The translations under genes and the position numbers were made by a program. A stretch of DNA of 47,221 bases, from IMG/VR virus record IMGVR_UViG_2660238524_000005. One strand, written 5' to 3'. The notes below the pieces were generated by a model. That model was given only the letters and a program-made list of their open reading frames with translations, searched no databases and was not told the DNA's origin. The stretch comes from a virus. Taxonomy: Duplodnaviria; Heunggongvirae; Uroviricota; Caudoviricetes. This document shows positions 17,196-27,296 of the stretch, in pieces (position 1 is the stretch's first letter; every line of letters starts with the position of its first letter).

Positions 17196-17345
17196 TGGCG
17201 GTTTCCTGCTGTGAAAATGGGCGGCTGGTGGGTGTTGGTAGCACCTGCCAGCCATTCGCTCATGCCTACTGGTCACAAGCGAACCACGGCCCACTGCTTT
17301 AGCGCAAAAGCAGAGTGAGCCTACCAGAGTTACGCTTACTGATCC

Positions 17346-18398
17346 ATGAAAAATACTGTAAAAATAAACAGTGTTGATTTAATCAACGCTGATTGCCTGC
17401 ATTTTATTCAGTCCCTGCCTGATGATTCCATTGACCTGATTGTTACCGATCCGCCTTACTTCAAGGTGAAACCCAACGGCTGGGACAATCAGTGGAAAGG
17501 GGACGAAGATTACCTTAAGTGGCTGGACCACTGTCTGGCCCAGTTCTGGCGGGTGTTGAAACCTGCCGGAAGCCTTTACCTGTTCTGTGGGCATCGCCTG
17601 GCATCTGATATTGAGATCATGATGCGTGAACGTTTCAACGTGCTTAACCATATCATCTGGGCGAAGCCGTCCGGACGTTGGAATGGGTGTAATAAAGAAA
17701 GTCTGCGCGCATATTTTCCTGCCACAGAGCGCGTTCTGTTTGCTGAACATTACCAGGGGCCATATCGCGGCAAAAGTGACGGCTATGCGGCAAAAGAAAG
17801 GGAACTCAAACAGCACATAATGGCACCGCTGATATCGTATTTCAGGGATGCTCGTGCCGAACTGGGTATAACGGCAAAACAAATTGCCGAAGCCACAGGT
17901 AAGAAAAATATGGTTTCCCACTGGTTTGGTGCCAGTCAGTGGCAGTTGCCGAATGAGGCTGACTATCGGAAGTTACAGGCACTGTTTTCCCGTATAGCGG
18001 CAGAGAAGTTTCAGGAACAACAACTGGAACAACCACACCACCAACTGGTGGCATCTTATGATTCACTGAATCGTAAATATTCTGAATTGCTGGATGAGTT
18101 TAAATCTCTCCGGCGCTATTTCTCCGTATCAGTCTCCGTGCCTTATACCGATGTCTGGATGCATAAACCCGTTCAGTTCTACCCGGGTAAACATCCGTGT
18201 GAGAAACCGGCGGATATGCTCAGGCAAATAATCAATGCCAGTAGTCGACCTGGTGATCTGGTTGCTGATTTTTTTATGGGATCCGGTTCCACAATAAAAG
18301 CAGCAATGGCGTTGGGGCGTCGGGCCTTAGGTGTTGAGCTTGAGTCAGAGCGGTTTAACCAGACAGTGAAAGAGATAAACGAGCTGGTGGGGAAATAA
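17346..18398 (+). CDS. DNA methyltransferase (beta-class N6A/N4C, DPPY motif)
   Basis: Motif IV DPPY near N-terminus and motif I FxGSGST near C-terminus; no adjacent restriction enzyme. Confidence 0.85.
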
Positions 18399-18465
18399 TC
18401 TGGTGGCCACGTCAGGTGGCCTTTTTATTTCCATTACACAGCACCCGCATCTGCGAGGTGGGGTT

Positions 18466-18681
18466 ATGAAATCCATGGATAAGTTAACAACGGGTGTCGC
18501 CTATGGCACCTCAGCAGGTAGTGCCGGGTACTGGTTTTTACAGTTGCTCGATAAAGTCACGCCCTCACAGTGGGCGGCAATTGGAGTGCTGGGTAGTCTG
18601 GTATTTGGCTTGCTGACGTATCTGACAAACCTTTATTTCAAGATTAAAGAAGATAAGCGTAAGGCTGCGAGAGGTGAATAA
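18466..18681 (+). CDS. S: Pinholin S21-type holin with dual-start motif
   Basis: [29 protein letters not shown]...[23 protein letters not shown] closely resembles phage 21 S21 (from memory); Met1 and Met4 dual start. Confidence 0.85.
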
Positions 18682-19178
18682 TGTCGCCATCATTACGCAA
18701 GGCTGTTGCTGCTGCTATTGGTGGTGGGGCAATTGCTATAGCATCTGTGTTAATCACTGGCCCAAGTGGTGACGATGGTCTGGAAGGTGTTAGCCACATA
18801 CCATACAAAGATATTGTTGGTGTATGGACTGTATGTTACGGACACACCGGAAAAGACATCATGCTAGGTAAAACGTATACCGAAGCAGAATGCAAAGCCC
18901 TCCTGAATAAAGACCTTGCCACGGTCGCCAGACAAATTAACCCGTACATCAAAGTCGATATACCGGAAACAACGCGCGGCGCTCTTTACTCGTTCGTTTA
19001 CAACGTGGGTGCTGGCAATTTCAGAACATCGACGCTTCTTCGCAAAATAAACCAGGGCGATATCAAAGGCGCATGTGATCAGCTACGTCGCTGGACATAT
19101 GCTGGCGGTAAGCAATGGAAAGGACTGATGACTCGTCGGGAGATTGAGCGTGAAGTCTGTTTGTGGGGGCAGAAATGA
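18681..19178 (+). CDS. R: SAR endolysin (R21-type lysozyme with N-terminal signal-anchor-release domain)
   Basis: Gly/Ala-rich weakly hydrophobic N-terminus [18 protein letters not shown], then lysozyme catalytic region; overlaps holin stop (TAATG). Confidence 0.9.
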   Translation: MSPSLRKAVAAAIGGGAIAIASVLITGPSGDDGLEGVSHIPYKDIVGVWTVCYGHTGKDIMLGKTYTEAECKALLNKDLATVARQINPYIKVDIPETTRGALYSFVYNVGAGNFRTSTLLRKINQGDIKGACDQLRRWTYAGGKQWKGLMTRREIEREVCLWGQK

Positions 19179-19636
19179 GCAGATTAACCGCGATTATCTC
19201 CGCTCTGGTTATCTGCATCATCGTCTGCCTGTCATGGGCTGCTAATCATTACCGTGATAACGCCATGACTTACAAAGAGCAGCGCGACAAAAACACCAGA
19301 GAACTGAAACTGGCGAACGCCACCATCAAAGACATGCAGATCCGCCAGCGTGATGTAGCGGCTCTGGATGCCAAATACACGAAGGACTTAGCTGATGCTA
19401 AAAAGCAGCTTGATGATTTGCAGCGTTGTGTTCGCACTGGCAAGTGTGGGCTGCACTTCAACGCCAGATGTCCCGCGAATGGAGCGACCAGCACCGGCAG
19501 CTTGGGCGATGTTACCAGCCCCCGACTTAATGACTCCGCTGAACGGGATTATTTCACCCTTAGAGAGCGAATCGTCACAGTGACTAAACAGATTAGTTAT
19601 CTGCAGAACTATATCGTCACCCAGTGCATTATGTAG
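19175..19636 (+). CDS. Rz: Rz i-spanin
   Basis: N-terminal TM segment then coiled-coil region; ATG overlaps endolysin stop (ATGA). Confidence 0.8.
   Translation: MSRLTAIISALVICIIVCLSWAANHYRDNAMTYKEQRDKNTRELKLANATIKDMQIRQRDVAALDAKYTKDLADAKKQLDDLQRCVRTGKCGLHFNARCPANGATSTGSLGDVTSPRLNDSAERDYFTLRERIVTVTKQISYLQNYIVTQCIM
19395..19583 (+). CDS. Rz1: Rz1 o-spanin lipoprotein embedded in the +1 frame of Rz
   Basis: Signal peptide with lipobox-like LASVGC, proline-rich mature part ([24 protein letters not shown]). Confidence 0.6.
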   Translation: MLKSSLMICSVVFALASVGCTSTPDVPRMERPAPAAWAMLPAPDLMTPLNGIISPLESESSQ

Positions 19637-19656
19637 TATGTAGTATGTAGTATGTT
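19629..19656. repeat. Short tandem repeat (ATGTAGT x3-4) at end of Rz
   Basis: tatgtagtatgtagtatgtagtatg. Confidence 0.4.
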
Positions 19657-19682
19657 GAGCTTTCTCACTAAAGGATGAAGAA

Positions 19683-19922
19683 ATGAATATATTAGATGAT
19701 TTTGAAAAACATGCTGAAATCTATGGGTATCTCAAGGTATTGAAAATGGGAGCGATGCACTTAGGTGCAGACTTCAAAATTTCAGAGGCATTCTCACATG
19801 ATAATGTGCTACCTCAATTGCAAGCATTCTATAAAAAAAAATATATAGAGAAAGAAGCACTTGAAGCGATAAACTGGTGGTCGTCACTGTCGCCGGAGTT
19901 ACGAAACAAATTCGACAATTAG
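19683..19922 (+). CDS. Small AT-rich hypothetical protein (moron) after lysis cassette
   Basis: 79-aa ORF followed by a terminator. Confidence 0.45.
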   Translation: MNILDDFEKHAEIYGYLKVLKMGAMHLGADFKISEAFSHDNVLPQLQAFYKKKYIEKEALEAINWWSSLSPELRNKFDN

Positions 19923-19957
19923 TATTTGAGTTTTTGATCTAACATACGTCACACTTG

Positions 19958-19985
19958 AAATGCCGCCTCCGGGCGGTTTTTTTAT
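19958..19985 (+). terminator. Intrinsic terminator
   Basis: CCGCC tccg GGCGG followed by T7. Confidence 0.5.
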
Positions 19986-20404
19986 TGCTATTACAAAGCC
20001 CACTCCCTACAGAGTGGCTTTGATAATGGCTTATACCCTACACGGGATAACTTAACTGATATCCCTTTTAACGGATAAAGGTATTCAAGCCTGACACATC
20101 ATGCGCTGTATCGTCGCTGTATTCCCGCATTAACCATGACCGTAGCCCGACGGGGAACTCCTTCTGCGCGAGTGTGCGGGAATAATCAAAAACGATGCAC
20201 ACCGGGTTTTTACCGCGCTAATGATTCGCGGGTTTGTCCCTCATGCTCGCCAGTCCTGTGCGGGGGTGGAAGAAACAGGACACTCACACAGATTCTTGTG
20301 GGTCGATGCTATTCCTTTCTGGATTATCCCGATGCCATTCATGCAAGGGCTGTATCAGACGTTCGTCATGGCTTTCAGGCTGACGGGTCCTCCCGGTGGG
20401 GTGG

Positions 20405-20435
20405 CCTGCCACGGGGCGGGAGCGTCGCGCAAAAA
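20405..20435. other. Candidate cos site (cosN-like) about 180 bp upstream of terminase small subunit
   Basis: ACGGGGCGGGAGCGTCGCG resembles lambda cosN region ACGGGGCGGCGACCTCGCG (from memory); spacing to terS start similar to lambda. Confidence 0.35.
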
Positions 20436-20599
20436 AGCTAGTTTTTGCATTTTTATCGGCCACCATCATCTTTGCATATTATTGATTATTAATGGTTATT
20501 TGTTTTTTGTATGTCGAATTGAGTGTTTTTTGTTCGACATCGAACGCGTTTTCTTAAAGTTGTTCGCACGATGCATGTTTAAAGCTCTCCGGAGGAAAT

Positions 20600-21091
20600 A
20601 TGGATCATGAGTTGAAAAACCTGGTGCTGAATATTAATCAACTGGCGGCTTTATCTGGTCTGCACCGCCAGACTGTCGTGGCAAGACTGAAAAACATTCG
20701 TCCCGCTGGTGGACATGACAAACTCAAGCTATACCGGTTGACCGATATTCTGACTGAATTTATGGGGTTACCACCGCCGGTTGCTGAGGGCGAAATGGAT
20801 CCACATGAACGCAAAGCCTGGTATCAGTCTGAACGTGAGCGTCTTAAGTTCGAACAGGAAACGGCACAACTCATTCCGGCCAGTGATGTCAGACGGGAGT
20901 TTGCCATCTGGGCAAAAGCGGTCGTGCAGGTGCTGGAGACATTACCGGATATTCTGGAACGTGACTGCGGCCTGCAGCCTGCCGCTGTGAGCCGTGTTCA
21001 GTCCATTATTGATGATCTGCGCGATCAGATAGCCCTGCGGGTGACCGAAGCAGGTGCGGATGATGAGGAGGAATTACAGCAGGAGGAGTAA
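20600..21091 (+). CDS. Terminase small subunit (Nu1-like)
   Basis: N-terminal HTH; SD GGAGG; followed by large subunit with 1-nt overlap. Confidence 0.85.
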   Translation: MDHELKNLVLNINQLAALSGLHRQTVVARLKNIRPAGGHDKLKLYRLTDILTEFMGLPPPVAEGEMDPHERKAWYQSERERLKFEQETAQLIPASDVRREFAIWAKAVVQVLETLPDILERDCGLQPAAVSRVQSIIDDLRDQIALRVTEAGADDEEELQQEE

Positions 21092-23193
21092 TGCTGAATC
21101 AGGAAACCGCAAAGGCAGCACGAACCGATTCAGGTTATATCCTTCGCGCACCGAGACGAATGCGGGTTGCTGATGCCGTTGCTCAGTATATGCGGGTGCC
21201 CATGGGGGCCGGGAATTCAGTCCCGTGGGATCCGCTGGTGGCACCGTATGTTATTGAGCCGATGAACTGCCTGGCCTCGCGTGAATACGACGCAGTGATA
21301 TTTGTTGGCCCGGCACGAACTGGCAAGACTATCGGCCTGATTGACGGCTGGGTGATTTACAATGTGATTTGCGATCCTGCTGATATGCTGATCATTCAGA
21401 TGACGGAGGAAAAAGCCCGCGAACACTCCAAAAAACGACTTGCCAGAACGTTTCGCGTCAGCCCGGAAGTGGTCAGTCGCCTGAGTCCGAACAAAAATGA
21501 CAACAACGTTTATGACAGAACATTCCTTGCTGGCAACTACCTGAAAATCGGCTGGCCGTCAGTCAATATCATGTCCTCATCAGATTATAAATGCGTGGCG
21601 CTGACGGATTATGACCGTTTTCCGGAAGATATTGATGGCGAGGGGGATGCCTTCTCTCTTGCCTCAAAACGTACCACCACATTTATGTCCAGTGGTATGA
21701 CGCTGGTGGAGAGTTCCCCCGGCAGGGATGTGAAGGATGTGAAATGGCGACGGACTTCACCGCATGAGGCTCCACCAACCACGGGGATACTGTCGCTCTA
21801 TAACCGTGGCGATCGCCGTCGCTGGTACTGGCCCTGTCCACACTGTGGTGAGTATTTTCAGCCCTGCGGCGATGTGGTTGCTGGTTTCCGTGATATTGCC
21901 GATCCCGTGCTGGCAAGTGAGGCGGCTTATATTCAGTGTCCTTCCTGTTCAGGACGGATTATGCCTGAACAAAAACGTGAGCTGAACGGACGTGGGGTCT
22001 GGTTGCGGGATGGTGAATCCATCAATGCGGATGGCAGTCGTTATGGTGATCCCCGACGCTCACGTATTGCGTCATTCTGGATGGAGGGTCCGGCAGCTGC
22101 TTACCAGACACTCTCGCAACTCGTTTACAAACTGCTTACTGCAGAACAGGAATACGAGACAACCGGAAGTGAAGAAACACTCAGGGCGGTTATCAATACC
22201 GACTGGGGATTACCTTATCTTCCCCGTGCCAGCATGGAGCAACGAAAAAGTGAACTGCTTGAGCAGCGGGCAGAGCCAGTTCCTTCCCGCAGTGTGCCGG
22301 ATGGCGTTAATTTCCTGGTGGCGACAGTTGATGTGCAGGCGGGACGTCATCGCCGTTTTGTGGTTCAGGTAACGGGCTATGGCAGCCGTGGCGAACGCTG
22401 GATTATTGATCGTTACAACATCACGCAGTCATTGCGCGGTGACAGCGACGGGGAGAGCCAGCGAATTGATCCGGCCAGCTATCCGGAAGACTGGGATGTC
22501 CTGCTGACGGATGTTTTTCATAAAAGCTGGCCGCTGGCCTCCGATCCTTCTCAACAAATGCGACTGATGGCAATGGCGGTGGACTCCGGCGGTGAAGACG
22601 GGGTCACTGATAATGCCTATAAATTCTGGCGTCGTTGCCGTCGTGATGGCCTTGGTAAACGTATTTACCTGTTTAAGGGCGACAGCATCCGGCGCGCAAA
22701 ACTGATCACCCGTACATTCCCTGATAACACCGGACGAACGGGCCGACGGGCGCAGGCCGCAGGTGATGTGCCGCTCTGGCTTCTTCAGACGGATGCCCTG
22801 AAAGACCGGGTGAATAACGCGTTATGGCGTGACTCTCCAGGTCCCGGCTATGTGCATTTCCCTGACTGGCTGGGGAGCTGGTTTTACGACGAACTGACGT
22901 ATGAAGAGCGGAGCAGTGACGGGAAATGGAGTAAGCCGGGTCGCGGTGCCAACGAAGCTTTTGACCTGATGGTGTATGCCGAGGCTCTGGTCATTCTGCA
23001 TGGATACGAAAAGATCCGCTGGCCGGATGCACCGGAGTGGGCGAGCCGGGAAACCTGGCTGGAGTGTGTCCCGGACAGTACCGAACCGTCACCCTCACCG
23101 GAACCGGTATCCACGCCTGTTAAAAAACAAAAACGGAAGAAAACAGTAACTGACGATGTTAACCCCTGGCTGACTTCCGGAGGATGGTTATGA
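21091..23193 (+). CDS. Terminase large subunit (gpA-like)
   Basis: 700 aa; Walker A-like VGPARTGKT; lambda gpA-like size and position. Confidence 0.9.
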   Translation: MLNQETAKAARTDSGYILRAPRRMRVADAVAQYMRVPMGAGNSVPWDPLVAPYVIEPMNCLASREYDAVIFVGPARTGKTIGLIDGWVIYNVICDPADMLIIQMTEEKAREHSKKRLARTFRVSPEVVSRLSPNKNDNNVYDRTFLAGNYLKIGWPSVNIMSSSDYKCVALTDYDRFPEDIDGEGDAFSLASKRTTTFMSSGMTLVESSPGRDVKDVKWRRTSPHEAPPTTGILSLYNRGDRRRWYWPCPHCGEYFQPCGDVVAGFRDIADPVLASEAAYIQCPSCSGRIMPEQKRELNGRGVWLRDGESINADGSRYGDPRRSRIASFWMEGPAAAYQTLSQLVYKLLTAEQEYETTGSEETLRAVINTDWGLPYLPRASMEQRKSELLEQRAEPVPSRSVPDGVNFLVATVDVQAGRHRRFVVQVTGYGSRGERWIIDRYNITQSLRGDSDGESQRIDPASYPEDWDVLLTDVFHKSWPLASDPSQQMRLMAMAVDSGGEDGVTDNAYKFWRRCRRDGLGKRIYLFKGDSIRRAKLITRTFPDNTGRTGRRAQAAGDVPLWLLQTDALKDRVNNALWRDSPGPGYVHFPDWLGSWFYDELTYEERSSDGKWSKPGRGANEAFDLMVYAEALVILHGYEKIRWPDAPEWASRETWLECVPDSTEPSPSPEPVSTPVKKQKRKKTVTDDVNPWLTSGGWL

Positions 23194-23402
23194 ACCAGAA
23201 TGATATCGAAGCCATGATTCAGCGTTATACGGAAGCTGAAATGGCGGTGCTGGACGGAAAATCCGTCACCTTTAATGGTCAGCAGATGACCATGGAAAAC
23301 TTATCTGAGATCCGGCAGGGACGGCAGGAGTGGGAGCGCCGCCTTGCGGCTCTGATTACACGACGACGGGGGCATCCCGGGTACCGGCTGGCGAGGTTCT
23401 GA
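23190..23402 (+). CDS. W: Head-tail joining protein (gpW-like)
   Basis: Small protein with basic C-terminus ...RRRGHPGYRL; SD GGAGGA 6 nt before ATG 23190; overlaps terL stop. Confidence 0.65.
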   Translation: MNQNDIEAMIQRYTEAEMAVLDGKSVTFNGQQMTMENLSEIRQGRQEWERRLAALITRRRGHPGYRLARF

Positions 23403-24910
23403 TGGCAATTCTTGATGATGTGATTGGCGTTTTTTCACCAGGATGGAAAGCGGCAAGGCTGCGTTCCCGTGCGGTGATCCAGGCTTATGAGGCCGTAAAA
23501 ACGACGCGGACACACAAAGCCCGGCGGGAAAACCGAACTGCCGACCAGTTAAGCCAGTACGGGGCCGTGTCGTTACGTGAGCAGGCCCGTTACCTTGATA
23601 ACAACCACGATCTGGTTATTGGTGTATTTGACAAGCTGGAAGAACGGGTGGTGGGGAAAAACGGGATTATTGTCGAGCCACATCCGGTATTACGCAATGG
23701 GGCCATTGCCCGTGATCTGGCAGCGGAGATTCGCACCCGATGGAGTGAATGGTCTGTCAGCCCGGAAGTCACCGGGCAGTTTACCCGTCCGATGCTGGAA
23801 CGTCTGATGCTGCGTACCTGGCTGCGCGATGGTGAGGTGTTTGCCCAGATGGTTTCCGGGCGCATAAACAGCCTGACGCCTTCTGCCGGTGTTCATTTCT
23901 GGCTGGAGGCGCTCGAGCCGGACTTTATTCCCATGACCAGTGATGAGAGCAACAGGCTGAATCAGGGCGTGTTTGTTGATGACTGGGGGCGTCCCGAAAA
24001 ATATCTGGTGTATAAAAGCCGTCCCGTATCCGGACGGCAGATGGAAACCAAAGAAGTGGATGCAGAGCGAATGCTGCATCTTAAATTTGTTCGCCGTCTG
24101 CACCAGATGCGCGGGACGTCTTTGTTGTCCGGTGTGCTGATCCGCCTCAGTGCCCTGAAAGAGTATGAAGATTCTGAGCTGACTGCAGCAAGGATCGCCG
24201 CTGCTCTGGGGATGTACATCCGGAAAGGCGACGGGCAGAGCTATGAACCGGATGGTAATGGCAGCAAGGATAAGGAACGCGAGCTTACCATTCAGCCAGG
24301 CATTATTTACGACGATCTGAAACCCGGCGAAGAAATTGGAATGGTGAAGTCGGATCGCCCCAATCCTAATCTTGAAACTTTTCGTAATGGTCAGTTGCGT
24401 GCCGTGGCGGCGGGCAGTCGTCTGAGTTTTTCCAGTACGGCACGCAACTATAACGGCACTTACAGCGCCCAGCGTCAGGAACTGGTTGAGTCCACTGATG
24501 GCTACCTGATCCTGCAGGACTGGTTTATTGGTGCCGTCACCCGCCCGATGTATCGTGCATGGCTGAAACAGGCTGTGGCATCCGGTGTTATCAGGCTACC
24601 CCGTGATCTTGACCGTTCTTCACTGTATACCGCGGTGTATTCCGGACCAGTGATGCCGTGGATTGACCCTGTTAAGGAGGCTGAGGCCTGGAAAATCCAG
24701 ATTCGTGGTGGAGCGGCGACAGAATCAGACTGGGTACGTGCTGGTGGTCGTAATCCGGATGATGTCAAACGTCGGCGCAAGGCCGAAATTGATGAAAACC
24801 GCAAGCTGGATCTGGTATTTGATACCGATCCGGCCAGTGATAAAGGAGGCAGCAGTGCCGCAACGAAACGACAGGAGCCGCAGCACACCGACGACCAGTC
24901 CGAAGAATAA
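23402..24910 (+). CDS. B: Portal protein (lambda B-like)
   Basis: About 500 aa after W; ATG 23402 with SD GAGG. Confidence 0.85.
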   Translation: MAILDDVIGVFSPGWKAARLRSRAVIQAYEAVKTTRTHKARRENRTADQLSQYGAVSLREQARYLDNNHDLVIGVFDKLEERVVGKNGIIVEPHPVLRNGAIARDLAAEIRTRWSEWSVSPEVTGQFTRPMLERLMLRTWLRDGEVFAQMVSGRINSLTPSAGVHFWLEALEPDFIPMTSDESNRLNQGVFVDDWGRPEKYLVYKSRPVSGRQMETKEVDAERMLHLKFVRRLHQMRGTSLLSGVLIRLSALKEYEDSELTAARIAAALGMYIRKGDGQSYEPDGNGSKDKERELTIQPGIIYDDLKPGEEIGMVKSDRPNPNLETFRNGQLRAVAAGSRLSFSSTARNYNGTYSAQRQELVESTDGYLILQDWFIGAVTRPMYRAWLKQAVASGVIRLPRDLDRSSLYTAVYSGPVMPWIDPVKEAEAWKIQIRGGAATESDWVRAGGRNPDDVKRRRKAEIDENRKLDLVFDTDPASDKGGSSAATKRQEPQHTDDQSEE

Positions 24911-24923
24911 TTCCTGGTTCAGG

Positions 24924-26882
24924 ATGCAGGCTGGTCACCAGAGTGACGCGGATATTTATATTTATGACGAGATTGGTTTCTGGGGGGTTACAGCGAAGCA
25001 GTTTATCAGTGATCTGAATGCACTGGGCGATATCACCCACATTAATCTCCATATCAATTCACCGGGTGGCGATGTCTTTGAAGGCATCGCCATTTTTAAT
25101 GCGCTGAAAACACATGGTGCGTCCATTACCGTTTATGTCGACGGTGTGGCGGCGTCAATGGCGTCGGTCATTGCGATGGTGGGAAACCCGGTCATTATGC
25201 CGGAAAACACCTTCATGATGATTCATAAACCATTTGGCTTTACGGGCGGTGATGCGGAGGACATGCGCACCTATGCCGACCTGCTCGATAAGGTTGAGGC
25301 GGTTCTGTTACCCGCTTATGCACAGAAAACCGGGAAAACCACCGATGAAATTGCTGCCATGCTGGCGGATGAGACCTGGATGTCCGGAGCCGAATGTCTG
25401 GCTCATGGATTTGCTGACCAGGTGACGCCAGCCGTTAAGGCAATGGCATGTATTCAGTCAAAACGTACAGAGGAATTTAAAAAGATGCCGGAATCCATTC
25501 GAAACATGATTACTCCGCCACGCAACAGTGCTCCACGCGTACCGGATGATGAACCAGCAGCACCCCGGACGCCAGTGCAGGCAGCAGCACCAGTGGTGGA
25601 TGAAAACAGTATCCGTGCGCAGGTACTGGCAGAGCAAAAAGCGCGTGTAAACGGTATTAATGATCTGTTTGCCATGTTTGGCGGGCGTTATCAGGCGCTG
25701 CAGGCTCAGTGCCTTGCCGATCCTGAGTGTTCGCTGGAGCAGGCCCGCGAGAAGCTGTTGAACGAGATGGGGCGCGAGTCCACGCCATCCAATAAAAATA
25801 CCCCGGCTCATATTTATGCCGGTAACGGTAATTTTGTGGGGGACGGGATCCGCCAGGCGCTGATGGCGCGTGCCGGATTTGAAAAAACCGAACGTGATAA
25901 TGTCTACAACGGGATGACTCTGCGTGAATATGCCCGTATGTCACTGACTGAACGGGGTATTGGGGTTTACAGTTATAACCCGATGCAGATGGTCGGTGCG
26001 GCGTTCACACACAGTACGTCTGACTTCGGTAATATTCTGCTGGATGTTGCGAACAAAGCCATTCTGCAGGGCTGGGAAGATGCCCCTGAAACCTATGAAC
26101 AGTGGACGCGGAAAGGTCAGTTGTCTGATTTTAAAATTGCCCATCGTGTGGGTATGGGTGGCTTCAGTGCTCTGCGTCAGGTGCGTGAAGGGGCGGAATA
26201 TAAATACGTCACCACCGGAGATAAACAGGCCACTATTGCACTGGCGACCTATGGCGAGCTGTTCAGTATCACCCGTCAGGCCATTATCAATGATGATCTG
26301 AATATGCTGACCGATGTCCCGATGAAACTGGGCCGTGCGGCGAAATCCACTATTGCCGATCTGGTTTATGCCATTCTGACGTCTAACCCGAAAATCTCCA
26401 CAGATAATGTAAGTCTGTTCGATAAAGCGAAACATGCAAACGTACTGGAGAGCGCTGCAATGGACGTGGCATCGCTGGATAAAGCCCGCCAGTTGATGCG
26501 CGTTCAGAAAGAGGGGGAGCGTCATCTGAATATTCGTCCTGCGTTCGTACTGGTACCGACGGCGATGGAGTCTGTTGCTAACCAGGTCATTCGCTCCTCA
26601 AGTGTCAAGGGGGCTGACATTAACGCCGGTATTATTAACCCGGTGAAAGATTTTGCGACCGTTATTGCAGAGCCTCGTCTTGATGATAACAGCCAGACCA
26701 CCTTCTACCTGGCTGCGTCAAAAGGCTCCGATACGATTGAAGTGGCTTATCTCAACGGTGTGGATACGCCATATATTGATCAGATGGAGGGCTTCAGTGT
26801 GGATGGCGTGACAACGAAAGTGCGTATTGACGCCGGTGTCGCGCCAGTTGATCACCGCGGTCTGGTGAAATGTACGGCGTAA
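24924..26882 (+). CDS. Prohead protease (ClpP/S49-like) fused to major capsid protein
   Basis: N-terminal ClpP-like motifs (DIYIYDEIGFWG...INSPGGDVFEGIAIFNAL...VDGVAASMASVIAM) continuous with a capsid-like C-terminal 400 aa. Confidence 0.8.
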   Translation: MQAGHQSDADIYIYDEIGFWGVTAKQFISDLNALGDITHINLHINSPGGDVFEGIAIFNALKTHGASITVYVDGVAASMASVIAMVGNPVIMPENTFMMIHKPFGFTGGDAEDMRTYADLLDKVEAVLLPAYAQKTGKTTDEIAAMLADETWMSGAECLAHGFADQVTPAVKAMACIQSKRTEEFKKMPESIRNMITPPRNSAPRVPDDEPAAPRTPVQAAAPVVDENSIRAQVLAEQKARVNGINDLFAMFGGRYQALQAQCLADPECSLEQAREKLLNEMGRESTPSNKNTPAHIYAGNGNFVGDGIRQALMARAGFEKTERDNVYNGMTLREYARMSLTERGIGVYSYNPMQMVGAAFTHSTSDFGNILLDVANKAILQGWEDAPETYEQWTRKGQLSDFKIAHRVGMGGFSALRQVREGAEYKYVTTGDKQATIALATYGELFSITRQAIINDDLNMLTDVPMKLGRAAKSTIADLVYAILTSNPKISTDNVSLFDKAKHANVLESAAMDVASLDKARQLMRVQKEGERHLNIRPAFVLVPTAMESVANQVIRSSSVKGADINAGIINPVKDFATVIAEPRLDDNSQTTFYLAASKGSDTIEVAYLNGVDTPYIDQMEGFSVDGVTTKVRIDAGVAPVDHRGLVKCTA

Positions 26883-26972
26883 ACATCGCAGACAACAACT
26901 CTGATGGCCCGTAAGTAAGGGCTTTTTTTGTACCTGAAATCAGCCCCTGAACGGGGCTGTGTGGAGACAGTT

Positions 26973-27296
26973 ATGGCAAAGAATTTTGTAGAAGAAGGAA
27001 AAACGGTGGCGATTGTTGCCAGTGCAGCCATCAGCAGCGGAGATCTGGTGCAGGTGGGTGATGTTTTTGCGGTGGCGCTGACCGATATTCCACAGGGTGA
27101 AACAGGCGACGGTATGACCGAAGGTGTGTTTATGCTGCCTAAGCTGAAAACGGATGACATGAAAACGGGTAAGAAGGTTTATCTGAAGTCCGGAAAAGTT
27201 CAGCTGACTAACAGCGGCTCTGATCCGCTGGTCGGGGTTGTCTGGGCAGATGCCGGAACCAGTGCAGAAGAAGTGCCGGTAAAACTCAATGTCTGA
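26973..27296 (+). CDS. Small head-associated protein (DUF2190-like; FI-equivalent position)
   Basis: SD GGAGA before ATG 26973; position after capsid. Confidence 0.45.
   Translation: MAKNFVEEGKTVAIVASAAISSGDLVQVGDVFAVALTDIPQGETGDGMTEGVFMLPKLKTDDMKTGKKVYLKSGKVQLTNSGSDPLVGVVWADAGTSAEEVPVKLNV

Noticed and set aside
20136-20610. Track ORFs 20136..20441 (+), 20221..20610 (+), 20284..20469 (-)
   Set aside because: Arg/Gly/Cys-rich, overlapping, no SD; the region is better explained as the cos/packaging region upstream of terminase.
24663-24923. 5' extension of the protease-capsid ORF overlapping the portal 3' end
   Set aside because: Overlaps the in-frame portal C-terminus; the first plausible start after the portal stop is ATG 24924, whose N-terminus looks like a ClpP-type protease start.
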